Shown here in pieces: positions 8,660-17,911 of a DNA stretch of 64,000 bases. The position numbers were made by a program, and so were the translations under genes. The stretch is from an uncultured cyanobacterium (GTDB lineage: Bacteria; Cyanobacteriota; Cyanobacteriia; CAKZMO01): positions 310,942-374,941 of the forward strand of contig CAVRCJ010000001.1 of assembly GCA_963719515.1 (NCBI GenBank), written 5' to 3'. Each line of letters opens with the position of its first letter. Position 1 is the first letter of the stretch. The notes under the pieces were generated by a model. That model was not told the origin of the DNA. It did no database searches and saw nothing but the letters and a program-made list of their open reading frames with translations.

Positions 8660-10942
8660 CTAACGCTCTACGACTTCAATAACTGTCGAGAAAACAGCAA
8701 TCGCATCCGTGCTGATAGGCGTTTGGTCTTCAGCCATTGGCACCAAATCGAGACTTGCAGCGCTGCGGGAAACATCGCCCACATCGCCGAGTAAGCTATC
8801 CAAAATATCCAGCTCCTCCCCACGTAGCCCAACTGCCCCTCGCTTCTGGCCGCCCCGCTCAGCGATCGCCTTCAGCCCCCGTAAGGCGCGATTGAGCGGC
8901 TGACGGCTGACCAAGGTAAGCAATTCAACAAAGCCGCTGCCGCTCAATCGCAGCTCAACCTCATCCTCTTGGCGCGGAACGACTAGCTCCTCGCCTGGGG
9001 CGATTAGGGCCGCTTCTGCCGGTGCGTCCCAATTGGCAGGATGAAGAACGACAATGTCGCCGCTGCCAGCAATGGCGATCGCGCTCAGATAAACGTCGGT
9101 GTCCTCATCATTGCGTACGCGAATTTTGACGTTCTCCCCCGCCTGAAAGGCCTGGGCCGCGATCGCAGCCTGGAAGCCCCGCCCTGCGGCCTGTGCCCCC
9201 CGACTGGCAATGGGAATCGCAGACCCCCGCCCGCCCTCTGCAAACAGCTCTCCGCTAATGTTGAGGTTCGAGGCCGTGGATGCCATCTCCTGCAAAACCT
9301 TGGCGACCAATAGTGACTTCAAACGGTCCCCAAGTCGGCTGATGGCGGCAGTGATAGATTCCCCAACAGGCCCTTCAGACTCAGACACGTACTCAGAAAA
9401 GTCGGGGGCAAATAGCGCTAGCGTCCCTAAGGGCGGTTGCTCGACGGCTCCAGCCTCATCCATCAGCTGACGAATGTCTTCAGTAGTGCGGGCTAGATTA
9501 AACGCTACGTCGGCCTGGGTGGTTACCGGTTCAGCCGTGACGCGACGCTGAAGCGCTGAGCGGATAGCGGTCTCAGCCTCTGCACTCTCTTCGCTAAGGG
9601 ACTCATGCAGGCCAATGCGCAGGGTGGGGTCGGGAATCGCCAACACCTGCTCCCGCAGCAGCATGCCTTCCGTGACAGTGAAGGACTCTCCCTCGACAAG
9701 GCCAGCCGTCCCGAGCAGACCGTTTCGTCTCGAAAGCCGGAGGCTGCCCAGCGGCGCACCATCTGAACCCAGCGCGGTATAGATGGCGTCTGGAGCCGCC
9801 GCCTCTAGGTTTTGATACGCCGTGCCACCGAACCAAACTTCGATTTCAGGGCCGGAAGCAGTGGGTGTTGTTGTTCTAACGACGGCATCGGCAAAGGATC
9901 GAGAGGGCGCTAGAAAAAACAGGTTCGCCTGACTGTAGTTGCTGCCGGGGGCGTACTCAAAAATAGGAATCTGGGCGCTACGCTTTTGTGAGGTTGCTGC
10001 CGCTTTGGTGCTGCGGACCAGGTTGGTTCGAATGGTATCAGCAGGTTCAGCGTTAGGCGACTGCCAAAGGTAGCTGGTGAGCAGGTAGGTGAAAATTCCC
10101 GATACTTTGCCCGACTCGTAGGGAAGCTCTAGGGCCACCTGGTCGCAGCTTGCTGAGCCGATGGCAACTCCTTTGGAGATGCCGAGCGATCGCCGCCGCT
10201 GAAACTCGTCTGGCTCCATTCCCAGGTCTTTCAGCCAGCGCTGCTGATTCTCAAGCTCGGCCTCGCTGGCCACTAGGGGTACGCCGCTGCGCGACAGCCG
10301 CGACTGCACCGCTCGCGCCTGGGCCGTGCCCCGGGTGCCTGCCCCGGAGAAGCAGCTGTCGAGCACCAGGGTGACGTTATCTGTAGGGATGCGCTCAGTG
10401 AGCAAAAAGAGCGATCGCCCCATGATATCGGGCACTACAATGCGATCGCCGGTTTGTCCCTCGGGGGTAATGTCTTGAGGCACTAGGGTACCGTTGAGTC
10501 CATCACCGCTGCTAGCCCCGCAGGCTTCAACGGTAATAGGGTCCGGATCTTCTACCTTAGACCCATGGCCAGAGTAGTGCACCACCACCACGTCGCCTGG
10601 CCGAGCCTGAGCGATGAGGTGCTCCTCGAATGCCTGCAGAATATTGGCGCGAGTCGGCTCTAAGGCTTCACCGTCGGCGACCTTGAGCACGTCGCTGGGG
10701 TTGAAGCCGTAGCGATGGACGAGCAGCTGGTACTGCATCTCAATATCCGTCAGGCAGCCTGAAAGAGTTGGGACGCTAGAGTCAGGGTAGTTGTTGATGC
10801 CGATAAGCAGAGCGAGCTTACGCGGCGTGGACTGGGCCACAGCGCGGTTGAACCGGCTGGCCTGCTGCAAAAAGCCTGCTTGGCTAAGGCCGATGGCTCC
10901 GAGGGCGGAACCGGTAAATTGGAGGAAGTGGCGACGCTTCAT
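8660..10942 (-). CDS. Caspase-family (peptidase C14) protein with Tat signal and C-terminal DUF4384-like domain
   Basis: MKRRHFLQ leader; KLALLIGINNY; HYSGHG and LDSCFSG dyad; C-terminal FQAGENVKIRVRNDEDTDVYL...IVVLHP. Confidence 0.9.
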   Translation of the reverse strand: MKRRHFLQFTGSALGAIGLSQAGFLQQASRFNRAVAQSTPRKLALLIGINNYPDSSVPTLSGCLTDIEMQYQLLVHRYGFNPSDVLKVADGEALEPTRANILQAFEEHLIAQARPGDVVVVHYSGHGSKVEDPDPITVEACGASSGDGLNGTLVPQDITPEGQTGDRIVVPDIMGRSLFLLTERIPTDNVTLVLDSCFSGAGTRGTAQARAVQSRLSRSGVPLVASEAELENQQRWLKDLGMEPDEFQRRRSLGISKGVAIGSASCDQVALELPYESGKVSGIFTYLLTSYLWQSPNAEPADTIRTNLVRSTKAAATSQKRSAQIPIFEYAPGSNYSQANLFFLAPSRSFADAVVRTTTPTASGPEIEVWFGGTAYQNLEAAAPDAIYTALGSDGAPLGSLRLSRRNGLLGTAGLVEGESFTVTEGMLLREQVLAIPDPTLRIGLHESLSEESAEAETAIRSALQRRVTAEPVTTQADVAFNLARTTEDIRQLMDEAGAVEQPPLGTLALFAPDFSEYVSESEGPVGESITAAISRLGDRLKSLLVAKVLQEMASTASNLNISGELFAEGGRGSAIPIASRGAQAAGRGFQAAIAAQAFQAGENVKIRVRNDEDTDVYLSAIAIAGSGDIVVLHPANWDAPAEAALIAPGEELVVPRQEDEVELRLSGSGFVELLTLVSRQPLNRALRGLKAIAERGGQKRGAVGLRGEELDILDSLLGDVGDVSRSAASLDLVPMAEDQTPISTDAIAVFSTVIEVVER

Positions 10943-10975
10943 AGGATAAATCGTTGAAGTAGGGCTGATTACGGC

Positions 10976-11878
10976 TTATTGGGCAAGAATGTCTTGGAGC
11001 TTGGCTGAGAGACGCGAGAGATCCACGGCGTAGTTGACAACTCCGGCATTGGCCTCTCCTGCAGTAAACTCCGCTGAATTCAAGGCAACGATCGCCGGTT
11101 CGCCTTCTACAAAGCCAAGAATTGGTCCCCCCGAAGAGCCGCTAAAGGTATCGCAGTTGTGGCGCAAAAACTCGTCTTCGGCGCTGCCCAAGATGCTGCA
11201 TCCGTCGTGGACGCTGGCTGTCATGCCGGGATTATCCGCTGGAAAGTCACCGGAGTAACCTACAAGGATGTACTGCTCAGGGTTGTCAAGTAAGACCGAC
11301 AGCGGCAGCACCTTCCAGGCTACGGTGCCGTAGCGCTCTCCTAAGGGCTGGTCTAGCTTGATGAAGGCCCAATCGTCGGGGTGGGGTGGCTGGGGGCGAT
11401 CGCGAAAGTCTGTACCCGGCAATACTTCAACAGCGTTTGCGATGTCATCCTGCGACAGGATTTCGCCATTGATGACGTTGGGCGCAAACTTAATGTCGCT
11501 GTAGAACTCGTGGGTTTCTGGGTCGACAACGCAGTGAGCGTTGGTCAGCACGATGTCAGTCTCAACCAGGGTGCCGCTGCAGTGACCGCTGCCGTCTGCG
11601 GTCTGAAAGTCGACCCGCCCAATAGCGGACCAAGGGTGACTGCGGCTAGTCATCACCACGCGATCGTCCCGCTGACCAATGACGCCTCGGCTCCCGCCTT
11701 CAGTAGGGCTGCGGGCCTGCCCGAGTCCTTCTGGAACGAACGTCGTGGGGTCGGGGTCAAGGTTGAGTGAGCTGTCTAGGCTGGGCTGGGCCTGCACGGC
11801 GGCGAGACCGGCAAGGGCGGCTCCGGTGAAACCGGCGATCGCCAACAATACGTTGGTGGGTAGGCGATGATGAGTCAT
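10976..11878 (-). CDS. Secreted trypsin-like (S1, glutamyl endopeptidase/V8-like) serine protease
   Basis: Signal peptide; CSGTLV, LTNAHC, DWAFIKL, GSSGGP triad motifs. ATG at 11878. Confidence 0.9.
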   Translation of the reverse strand: MTHHRLPTNVLLAIAGFTGAALAGLAAVQAQPSLDSSLNLDPDPTTFVPEGLGQARSPTEGGSRGVIGQRDDRVVMTSRSHPWSAIGRVDFQTADGSGHCSGTLVETDIVLTNAHCVVDPETHEFYSDIKFAPNVINGEILSQDDIANAVEVLPGTDFRDRPQPPHPDDWAFIKLDQPLGERYGTVAWKVLPLSVLLDNPEQYILVGYSGDFPADNPGMTASVHDGCSILGSAEDEFLRHNCDTFSGSSGGPILGFVEGEPAIVALNSAEFTAGEANAGVVNYAVDLSRLSAKLQDILAQ

Positions 11879-12208
11879 GGTGGTGTTGAACAGGGGCAAA
11901 GAACGGTATGCGTAAAAATGGCTCAGTTGACGTTGCGAATCAAGGTGAACGCGGCCCAAAGACGCGGGTTGGGTGCTGCTCTATGGTGGTGAGCATGGTC
12001 TGCCGTAAGGCTTGGGCTTTGTCCACAGGGTTGTCGGGGTCTTGTCACAGGCAGTAGAACTGCGGTTGCCTACGGAACTTCGAGCTTTCAGCCGCTTGAA
12101 CTGTCACAAGCAACCGCGCCAACGCAATAGATCTCAACTAATTTTCCTTAGAAGAGGATACCGCAGCCACCCGACCCCTGGCGTCAGTGTTACAGAATTG
12201 TGAACAGC

Positions 12209-13066
12209 TCAAATCCGCGCCTGCTGCCGCTGCCGAATTGCATCGATATTCTCCTGAGCCTCCGCCAAATTCGGGTTCAGCGTCAGGGTTCGCTCAAACG
12301 CCGCGATCGCCTCCTCATTTCGCTCCAGCGCCATCAGCACCACGCCCTTGTAATACCAGCCGCTCACATTGCTAGCGTTGAGCTGCAGCACCCGCTCAAA
12401 CGATAGTAGCGCCGTCTCCAGCTGCCCCAACTGCCCCGCCATTCTGCCCCGGTTTAGCCAAGCCCGCTCGAAGCTGGGGTTTAGCGTCACGGCTTTGTCG
12501 TAGGCCGCGAAGGCGTCCTCATAGCGCTCTAGCCGGGTGAGCGTAATCCCCTGGTGGAACCACGCGTCGGCGTTGTCGGGATTGAGGGCGATCGCCTCCG
12601 CGTAGGCCCCTAGGGCCTCTTGGGGGCGACCCGCATCGTCGAGGGAAATGCCCAGCCAAATCCAGGCGTATTGGTGGCTGCTGTCGAGGGTGGTTGCCTG
12701 TTTGAGGGACGCGATCGCTTCCTCGTAGCGCTCTAAGTGATACAGCGCGTAGCCTTTGCCGACGTGGGCTGGGGCGTGGGCTGCATTGAGGGCAATCGCT
12801 TCTTCAAAGGCGGCGATCGCGTCGGTATAGCGGCCTGCATCAATTGCGGCAATGCCCTGGTCCATCCAAGTTTGGAGGGTATCGGCGGTCTTCTGGGAAA
12901 TGACTATGGGTGAGGCAAACTGCTGAGGGGTGGTGGTCGTTGGCACAGCTGCTAAGGAGCTAGGCCGATCCTGAAGCCCCATCGCCACGCTTTTAGGCGA
13001 TGCGCCCAGCGTCAAGCTGGCCGTAGTGGATAGGAGTAATCCGATTCCGAGCTGAGTAATACGCAT
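12209..13066 (-). CDS. Secreted TPR-repeat protein
   Basis: Hydrophobic N-terminus followed by about six 34-aa TPRs (AW..G..L..L.RYE.A..A..A..LNP). Confidence 0.85.
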   Translation of the reverse strand: MRITQLGIGLLLSTTASLTLGASPKSVAMGLQDRPSSLAAVPTTTTPQQFASPIVISQKTADTLQTWMDQGIAAIDAGRYTDAIAAFEEAIALNAAHAPAHVGKGYALYHLERYEEAIASLKQATTLDSSHQYAWIWLGISLDDAGRPQEALGAYAEAIALNPDNADAWFHQGITLTRLERYEDAFAAYDKAVTLNPSFERAWLNRGRMAGQLGQLETALLSFERVLQLNASNVSGWYYKGVVLMALERNEEAIAAFERTLTLNPNLAEAQENIDAIRQRQQARI

Positions 13067-13116
13067 TGTTGTTGTCCTCGGTTAAGTCAATAGAAAATGC
13101 TGTGCTCTGCTGAAAC

Positions 13117-13143
13117 GTACGTCTCGCTGTGAGAGACCTATGG
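13117..13143 (-). promoter_or_regulatory. Island motif copy CCATAGGT-N11-AGACGTAC
   Basis: 50 bp upstream of the TPR gene start at 13066, same strand. Confidence 0.6.
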
Positions 13144-13150
13144 GATTTTT

Positions 13151-13201
13151 GGCGTTGCTGATTTTGGGTATGCATTTTGTAGGGACATGGCAGTGCCATG
13201 T
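13151..13201. repeat. REP-like dispersed repeat, copy 1
   Basis: Near-identical inverted copy at 43121-43171; core palindrome ACATGGCA-G-TGCCATGT. Confidence 0.8.
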
Positions 13202-13337
13202 ACTTGTTTAGCGTCCTGGAAGCCCCTATCCCTAGCCCTTCCCTCAGAATTGATACCGCTGGCGAATTTCATGTCTTGTTACATCTCGGCTATTTCTTGC
13301 CCCGGAGAAGGCCCCCTTTTCTGGTATGCCCGAAGGG

Positions 13338-13561
13338 CTTTAAGCCCCCAATTCTGGGGGACTTCTAGAGCGGTCAGAACTCCTTAAAGGCAATAGCCGC
13401 GAATAGTATGGCCACTGCTCCGGTTCCCCCAGAATTGGGGGTTAGGGGGCCTCGAAAGCGTGCAGCTCGATTACGAAATATTTCGCCAGCGGTATCAGAA
13501 TTGGGGGAAGGGAACCAGACTCCCCTCTCCCAGTATTGGGAGAGGGGCCGGGAGTGAGGGC
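13338..13561. repeat. Cluster of short palindromic dispersed repeats
   Basis: CCCCCAATTCTGGGGG, CCCCCAGAATTGGGGG, CCCCTCTCCCAGTATTGGGAGAGGGG hairpins. Confidence 0.65.
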
Positions 13562-13595
13562 CTTCGATACGCTAAACAGATACAGTGCCATATCC

Positions 13596-15077
13596 GAATG
13601 GCACTGACATAAGCTGTATCAGGCTGCCAGTTTAGCTTTGAGGACAGAACGCGGTTGCTGCATGCGAGGAAAAGGCTTGGGTCTGCGTTTGACCACTCTC
13701 GGTTCGTGGCGATTGGGGCGAAAGGGAACGATGAGCTGAGCAATCAGACGCAGCAATATCTGATACTGCTGGGAGCGTTGCTGGTGGGTTGCGCCAATAA
13801 ATGCAGGACGGGCGTGATTCAGCTGCTGTCTTGTGCCCTGCAGCGACAAGCGCAATGCCGCTGCTGTTGAGTGCTCCGAGGCTTGCCACATCAAGGTGCG
13901 CAGCAGATTGTAGGCGAGCAGGTGCATCCATAGGTCCTTTTTGACTATCTGTGGGGTCTTGGCTGCAATCATCTCCATGCCTAGCGTGGTTTTGAGGTGC
14001 TTGAGGTTGACCTCAGTGGCCTGCCAGCGCTGGTGATAGAGGTCAATGAGCTTGGCCTTTGGATAGCGTTTGGGATCGCTTAAGGTGGTCACCACAATGA
14101 TCTCAGTTGGCCGAAATCCGCGCTGAGTAATCAGTAGATGCACTTCCCTCACCTCCAGATACAACGGCAGCGACTCAAACGCTGCGCTGCTCATTGAGGC
14201 TGGACAGCGGGCGGGGCGCTGCCAAACGACACGGTGGTCGCCAATGCCCAGCTTCTTGCCTCGGCGAAAGTCGCAGCGGCGAGCATGATGCTTGCGAAAC
14301 ACCCCATCAGCACCAGCCGCCTGGACAAGCGCTAAGTCAGCATAGGTGCCATAGGCGGAATCAGCTACCACCACATCCTCTGGAGCCAAACAGGCATACA
14401 GTTGCCGCGCCAGTTGCCATTCGCTGGTGCCAAACGGAGCAATGGCCGCTTCGAGTACCGCCCCACTGTTCAGACAAAACCACACCACCACCCGGGCGAT
14501 GGGAAACCCACAGCCGGGCTTTTGCGTACTCACCTGCGGATATTCCGCCTGATTGGCAGCAGTATCGCTCATCTGTACTCCGGTGCCATCAAACGCTTTC
14601 ACCCGTCTGCCACACCAGTACTGCTCAACTGGTACTTGCGCGTGTAGGGCACTCGCGCTGCGCTTGAGTAACGATGGGAGAATCGCCCAGGGCAGCCGTT
14701 TGCGGGCTTTGCTATACCCTCCAGTATCCGATGACGGCACCGCCTCACCTGTCATCGCCATCCAGGTGGTCACCCGCTTGACTGCGTTGCTCAGGCTGCT
14801 GTCACCATCTATCACTTGCGATATCCACGCCCACACAACCACCATCGGCGTGTAAAGCACTTGTCGATAAGTTACTTGGTGTTCCTCTAGCACCTGGGCA
14901 ATTTGAGATTCGCTGAGCACCTGGGCAAACGGCAGGCCCAGACTGTTTTGGTATTGCTGCTTGAGAATTTCGGCTCGATTCGGCATAGTAGAGACAGTAT
15001 TTTGTGGCTTTGATCCCCTGATTGTCCCTAATCATGGGGCTCGAAGCCTTTTTTTGTCTCTTACGTCAGTGCCATTC
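13596..15077 (-). mobile_element. IS4-family insertion sequence
   Basis: 18-bp IRs GAATGGCACTGAC(A/G)TAAG at 13596-13613 and 15060-15077; 10-bp target duplication TGCCATATCC at 13586-13595 and 15078-15087. Confidence 0.93.
13619..14986 (-). CDS. IS4-family DDE transposase
   Basis: KAFDGT, VADSAY, YHQRWQATEVNLKHLK, PNRHEPRVVKRRPK. Confidence 0.92.
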   Translation of the reverse strand: MPNRAEILKQQYQNSLGLPFAQVLSESQIAQVLEEHQVTYRQVLYTPMVVVWAWISQVIDGDSSLSNAVKRVTTWMAMTGEAVPSSDTGGYSKARKRLPWAILPSLLKRSASALHAQVPVEQYWCGRRVKAFDGTGVQMSDTAANQAEYPQVSTQKPGCGFPIARVVVWFCLNSGAVLEAAIAPFGTSEWQLARQLYACLAPEDVVVADSAYGTYADLALVQAAGADGVFRKHHARRCDFRRGKKLGIGDHRVVWQRPARCPASMSSAAFESLPLYLEVREVHLLITQRGFRPTEIIVVTTLSDPKRYPKAKLIDLYHQRWQATEVNLKHLKTTLGMEMIAAKTPQIVKKDLWMHLLAYNLLRTLMWQASEHSTAAALRLSLQGTRQQLNHARPAFIGATHQQRSQQYQILLRLIAQLIVPFRPNRHEPRVVKRRPKPFPRMQQPRSVLKAKLAA

Positions 15078-15087
15078 TGCCATATCC

Positions 15088-15504
15088 CTACTGCCTGCCG
15101 TTGGGTTTATCCAACGCTGCAAATTCATACCTTGATTTATTAACGCCTCTCTTTGGTTTAGGAAGGCTGCACCAATGCACGTCGCCCAATGCTCGCGCTA
15201 GGGTGAGTGCCTCTTGGTAGCAGCAGTACGCGGCCTGAATCTGACCCAAATGCCAGTAGCAGCTCCCCAGCCGCTGAAAGATCTGCCGCTCTGCCTGAAA
15301 GTTGCCCAAAACCGTCCACAGCGTCAGCGCCGACTCTAGGTATGGGGCGGCGTCGGCGTATTGACCTTGGTCATAGAAGGTCATCCCTGTGGTCTGTAGT
15401 ACTAGGGCGCGGCTCTGCTGCTCGCGAGCGGTAGATGATGCTAGACAAATTTTTTCGGTGACGTGGTCGCGAAGCTGGCAAAGCAGGTTGACTAAATTTT
15501 TCAT
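15088..15504 (-). CDS. Small TPR protein
   Basis: GMTFYDQGQYADAAPYLESAL, LGSCYWHLGQIQAAYCCYQEALTLARALGD. The 3' end abuts the IS target duplication. Confidence 0.6.
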   Translation of the reverse strand: MKNLVNLLCQLRDHVTEKICLASSTAREQQSRALVLQTTGMTFYDQGQYADAAPYLESALTLWTVLGNFQAERQIFQRLGSCYWHLGQIQAAYCCYQEALTLARALGDVHWCSLPKPKRGVNKSRYEFAALDKPNGRQ

Positions 15505-15549
15505 CACAGCTCTCCTAAATCTGAAAAGGTTCCTCTCTCTTGCTGATGC

Positions 15550-15576
15550 ATACTTCTCGGCAAGGCAGACATATGG
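15550..15576 (-). promoter_or_regulatory. Island motif copy CCATATGT-N11-AGAAGTAT
   Basis: Upstream of the minus-strand small TPR gene. Confidence 0.6.
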
Positions 15577-15628
15577 AAATCGTGTTGGCGCTTGCAGGCG
15601 TTTTAGCCTTCAGGCAAAGTTTCTGCTT

Positions 15629-15655
15629 CCATATCTTTTGCTAAACGAGAGCTAT
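15629..15655 (+). promoter_or_regulatory. Island motif copy CCATATCT-N11-AGAGCTAT
   Basis: Upstream of the plus-strand small TPR gene; divergent from the previous copy. Confidence 0.6.
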
Positions 15656-15690
15656 TTCGTAATGTCCCAAGGCGAACCTATAGGAGAGAT

Positions 15691-16170
15691 ATGATGTGCA
15701 ATGCTGTGCTGCTTCACGTTTGGACGAGCGCTGCCCTGCCGCTGCTGGCGGTCCCCCAGGCAATCGCGGTGGATATTGGTCGCTATGTGGAGCATCAGAC
15801 GAACAAAGCTGCCATTTTTAGCGCCGTTGGCGCTGGCCTGTGCGAGGTGGGTCATGTGTCTCGCGGCGTGGAGTGCCTGGAGCGATCGCGGGCTATCTAC
15901 GTTGTTTTGGGCGATGAGCGGGCGGAGCGGCGAGTGCTGCTGCAGATGGGGGAGACCTATCTGCAGGTGGGGCGCTTCACCCTGGCTATCTGCTGTTTTC
16001 AGGAGGCGCTTGCCCTAAGCCAGCGGCTGGGCCGGGTGGCGGAGGTGGAAGCGTTACGGCTGCTGGCGATAGGCTATGAGCAGGCGGCAATGCCGTTTTC
16101 GGCGGCGGATGTGACGCAGCAGGCGGCGCTGCTGGATGGCAGCGGCGTGGTGGATGTCCCAGTGCATTAG
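15691..16170 (+). CDS. Small TPR protein
   Basis: AGGAGA RBS; MGETYLQVGRFTLAICCFQEALALSQRLG resembles the divergent paralog. Confidence 0.65.
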   Translation: MMCNAVLLHVWTSAALPLLAVPQAIAVDIGRYVEHQTNKAAIFSAVGAGLCEVGHVSRGVECLERSRAIYVVLGDERAERRVLLQMGETYLQVGRFTLAICCFQEALALSQRLGRVAEVEALRLLAIGYEQAAMPFSAADVTQQAALLDGSGVVDVPVH

Positions 16171-16260
16171 GGCCACTGCTATATGCCAGCGTTGAGAGCG
16201 GCAGCGTTTACTGCACGGTGAGCCTGTAGTCACCGCGCAGCCTGGTTATCTCTACATTTC

Positions 16261-16638
16261 CTACCGAATAGGCCGCTGCTGCACCAGGTAGCTCAGCACC
16301 TGACCGTGGGCGGGGGTGATGTGGACCCCCTTTGCGCCGATGGTGATCAGCGGTGTCCAGTAGTGGCGCTGTACGTAGTCCAGCAGATGGAGGCGGGCGA
16401 TCGCCTCCTGGACGCCAGCGGGGGAGCCGATGAGCAGGTGCCGCAGGTGTGAGTCTTCGACTGGTCCTGAAGGACCAACGCAGCCCGGAGCGGGGGAGGG
16501 CTCTAGCAGGGTGGGGATGTTGGGCTGGGCTTCTAGAGGTGAGTCTAGCCGCGTGGACTGGTCCGCAGCGAGCTGTTGGCGCACTGCGAGTTGGGCGGCC
16601 TCTTGAGGAAGAGACAGCGCGGGGTATTGAATTGTCAT
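16261..16638 (-). CDS. Small hypothetical protein (paralog of 57224-57559)
   Basis: LRHLLIGSPAGVQEAIARLHLLDYV...W aligns with LRLIAIGPPQAVENCRFQLHHLGYA...W. Confidence 0.7.
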   Translation of the reverse strand: MTIQYPALSLPQEAAQLAVRQQLAADQSTRLDSPLEAQPNIPTLLEPSPAPGCVGPSGPVEDSHLRHLLIGSPAGVQEAIARLHLLDYVQRHYWTPLITIGAKGVHITPAHGQVLSYLVQQRPIR

Positions 16639-17063
16639 GAGGGACTCCAGTTTTATGTGTTGGGTTGGAGCCCCCCAAAGAATCTGGGCATTCCAGACGT
16701 GTTAAGGGCTCGGTATGACTCAGCTACAATCGACGCTAGGTCATCCAAACAGCTCACTCTGTTCTGGTGGCTTAGGGGCTGCATGTTGCTTGCGACAGCA
16801 TGCGGCTCCGCCAGACCGACTCTTTGGGAGACTAGAACCATGGGGACCACGGCTCATAGCTCCATAAGGTAGATCATTTGTGCGCCGATGGCAAGAGCCT
16901 TTTGGATCTTTGCTCAGGAGCGCTGCTACTGCTGAATGGCTTCGTTCACCGCTGCCTGCAACAGGTCATCGCTCATCCCGTGTCGCTTCAAGCTAACAAT
17001 CAGGGCAGAGACGAAGGATGCCTATAATCGAGAGGAGCGGTTGCAGCTAAGGGGACAAAGGCC

Positions 17064-17480
17064 ATGGCGGCTAAAGATAGGTTCCATCGCATCGTATGTA
17101 TCGCCTTGGAGAAGGAAGGATGGACGATTACAGATGACCCCTTATCTTTTCGGTTTGGAGGCGTAGATGTACACATTGACCTTGCTGCAGAACGATTCAT
17201 TGCGGCGGAGCGTGGCGGAGAGAAAATTGCTGTTGAAGTTAAAAGTTTTCTTGGCGCATCAGTTGTTTCAGAGTTTCATACGGCGCTAGGGCAGTTTATG
17301 AACTACCGCACCGTATTACGACGTAAAGATCCGGATCGGGTCCTTTATCTTGCCGTTCCTAAAGCCGCGTATGATGACTTCTTCAAGCGACAGTTTACGC
17401 AGTTAGTAATTCAAGATTATCAGCTCAGTATTGCTGTCTACGATATTGAGAAAGAGGTGATTTTCCAATGGCTTCCATAG
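17064..17480 (+). CDS. xisH: XisH-family protein
   Basis: MAAKDRFH..V..ALEKEGWTITDDPL, IDLAAE, KIAVEVKSF, FHTALGQFMNYR. Confidence 0.92.
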   Translation: MAAKDRFHRIVCIALEKEGWTITDDPLSFRFGGVDVHIDLAAERFIAAERGGEKIAVEVKSFLGASVVSEFHTALGQFMNYRTVLRRKDPDRVLYLAVPKAAYDDFFKRQFTQLVIQDYQLSIAVYDIEKEVIFQWLP

Positions 17481-17803
17481 AAGATTATCGGATCCATATT
17501 AAGCAGCTGCTGACTAAATATGGGAGCTATTCTTATCGCTACGGCGAAGTCGAATCTCAAACCCTATTCGATACAGACCATGATCATTATCAGTTAGTCC
17601 GAGTTGGCTGGGAAAATAAGCAGCGGGTCTACGGCTGCGTGCTTCACTTAGATATTAAAGACGGCAAGGTTTGGATTCAGTGGAATTCTTCGGATATTGA
17701 TATTGGTGAGGAGCTGGTGGCGCTCGGTGTGCCTAAGCAAGATATTGTGATTGGGTTTCAGCCTGAGTATTTACGCCAGTATTCGGAGTATGCGGTGGGG
17801 TGA
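17468..17803 (+). CDS. xisI: XisI-family protein
   Basis: FDTDHDHYQLVRVGW, LHLDIKDGKVWIQ, LVALGVPKQDIVIGF; overlaps xisH. Confidence 0.92.
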   Translation: MASIEDYRIHIKQLLTKYGSYSYRYGEVESQTLFDTDHDHYQLVRVGWENKQRVYGCVLHLDIKDGKVWIQWNSSDIDIGEELVALGVPKQDIVIGFQPEYLRQYSEYAVG

Positions 17804-17884
17804 GGTGTATCAAGAATTAATTGCGGTTGCTGTCAGCGATCGCGGGTGGTTGGGCCGCGTTGAGCTGAAGCTGGCCTATGATTT

Positions 17885-17911
17885 CCATACCTGATTCTAA
17901 GGGAGAGGTAT
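17885..17911 (+). promoter_or_regulatory. Island motif copy CCATACCT-N11-AGAGGTAT
   Basis: Upstream of the TPR-CHAT start at 17968. Confidence 0.65.

Noticed and set aside
17064..17803. fdxN-type excision element
   Set aside because: No XisF-like recombinase or interrupted gene is seen; solitary xisHI pairs are common in cyanobacteria.
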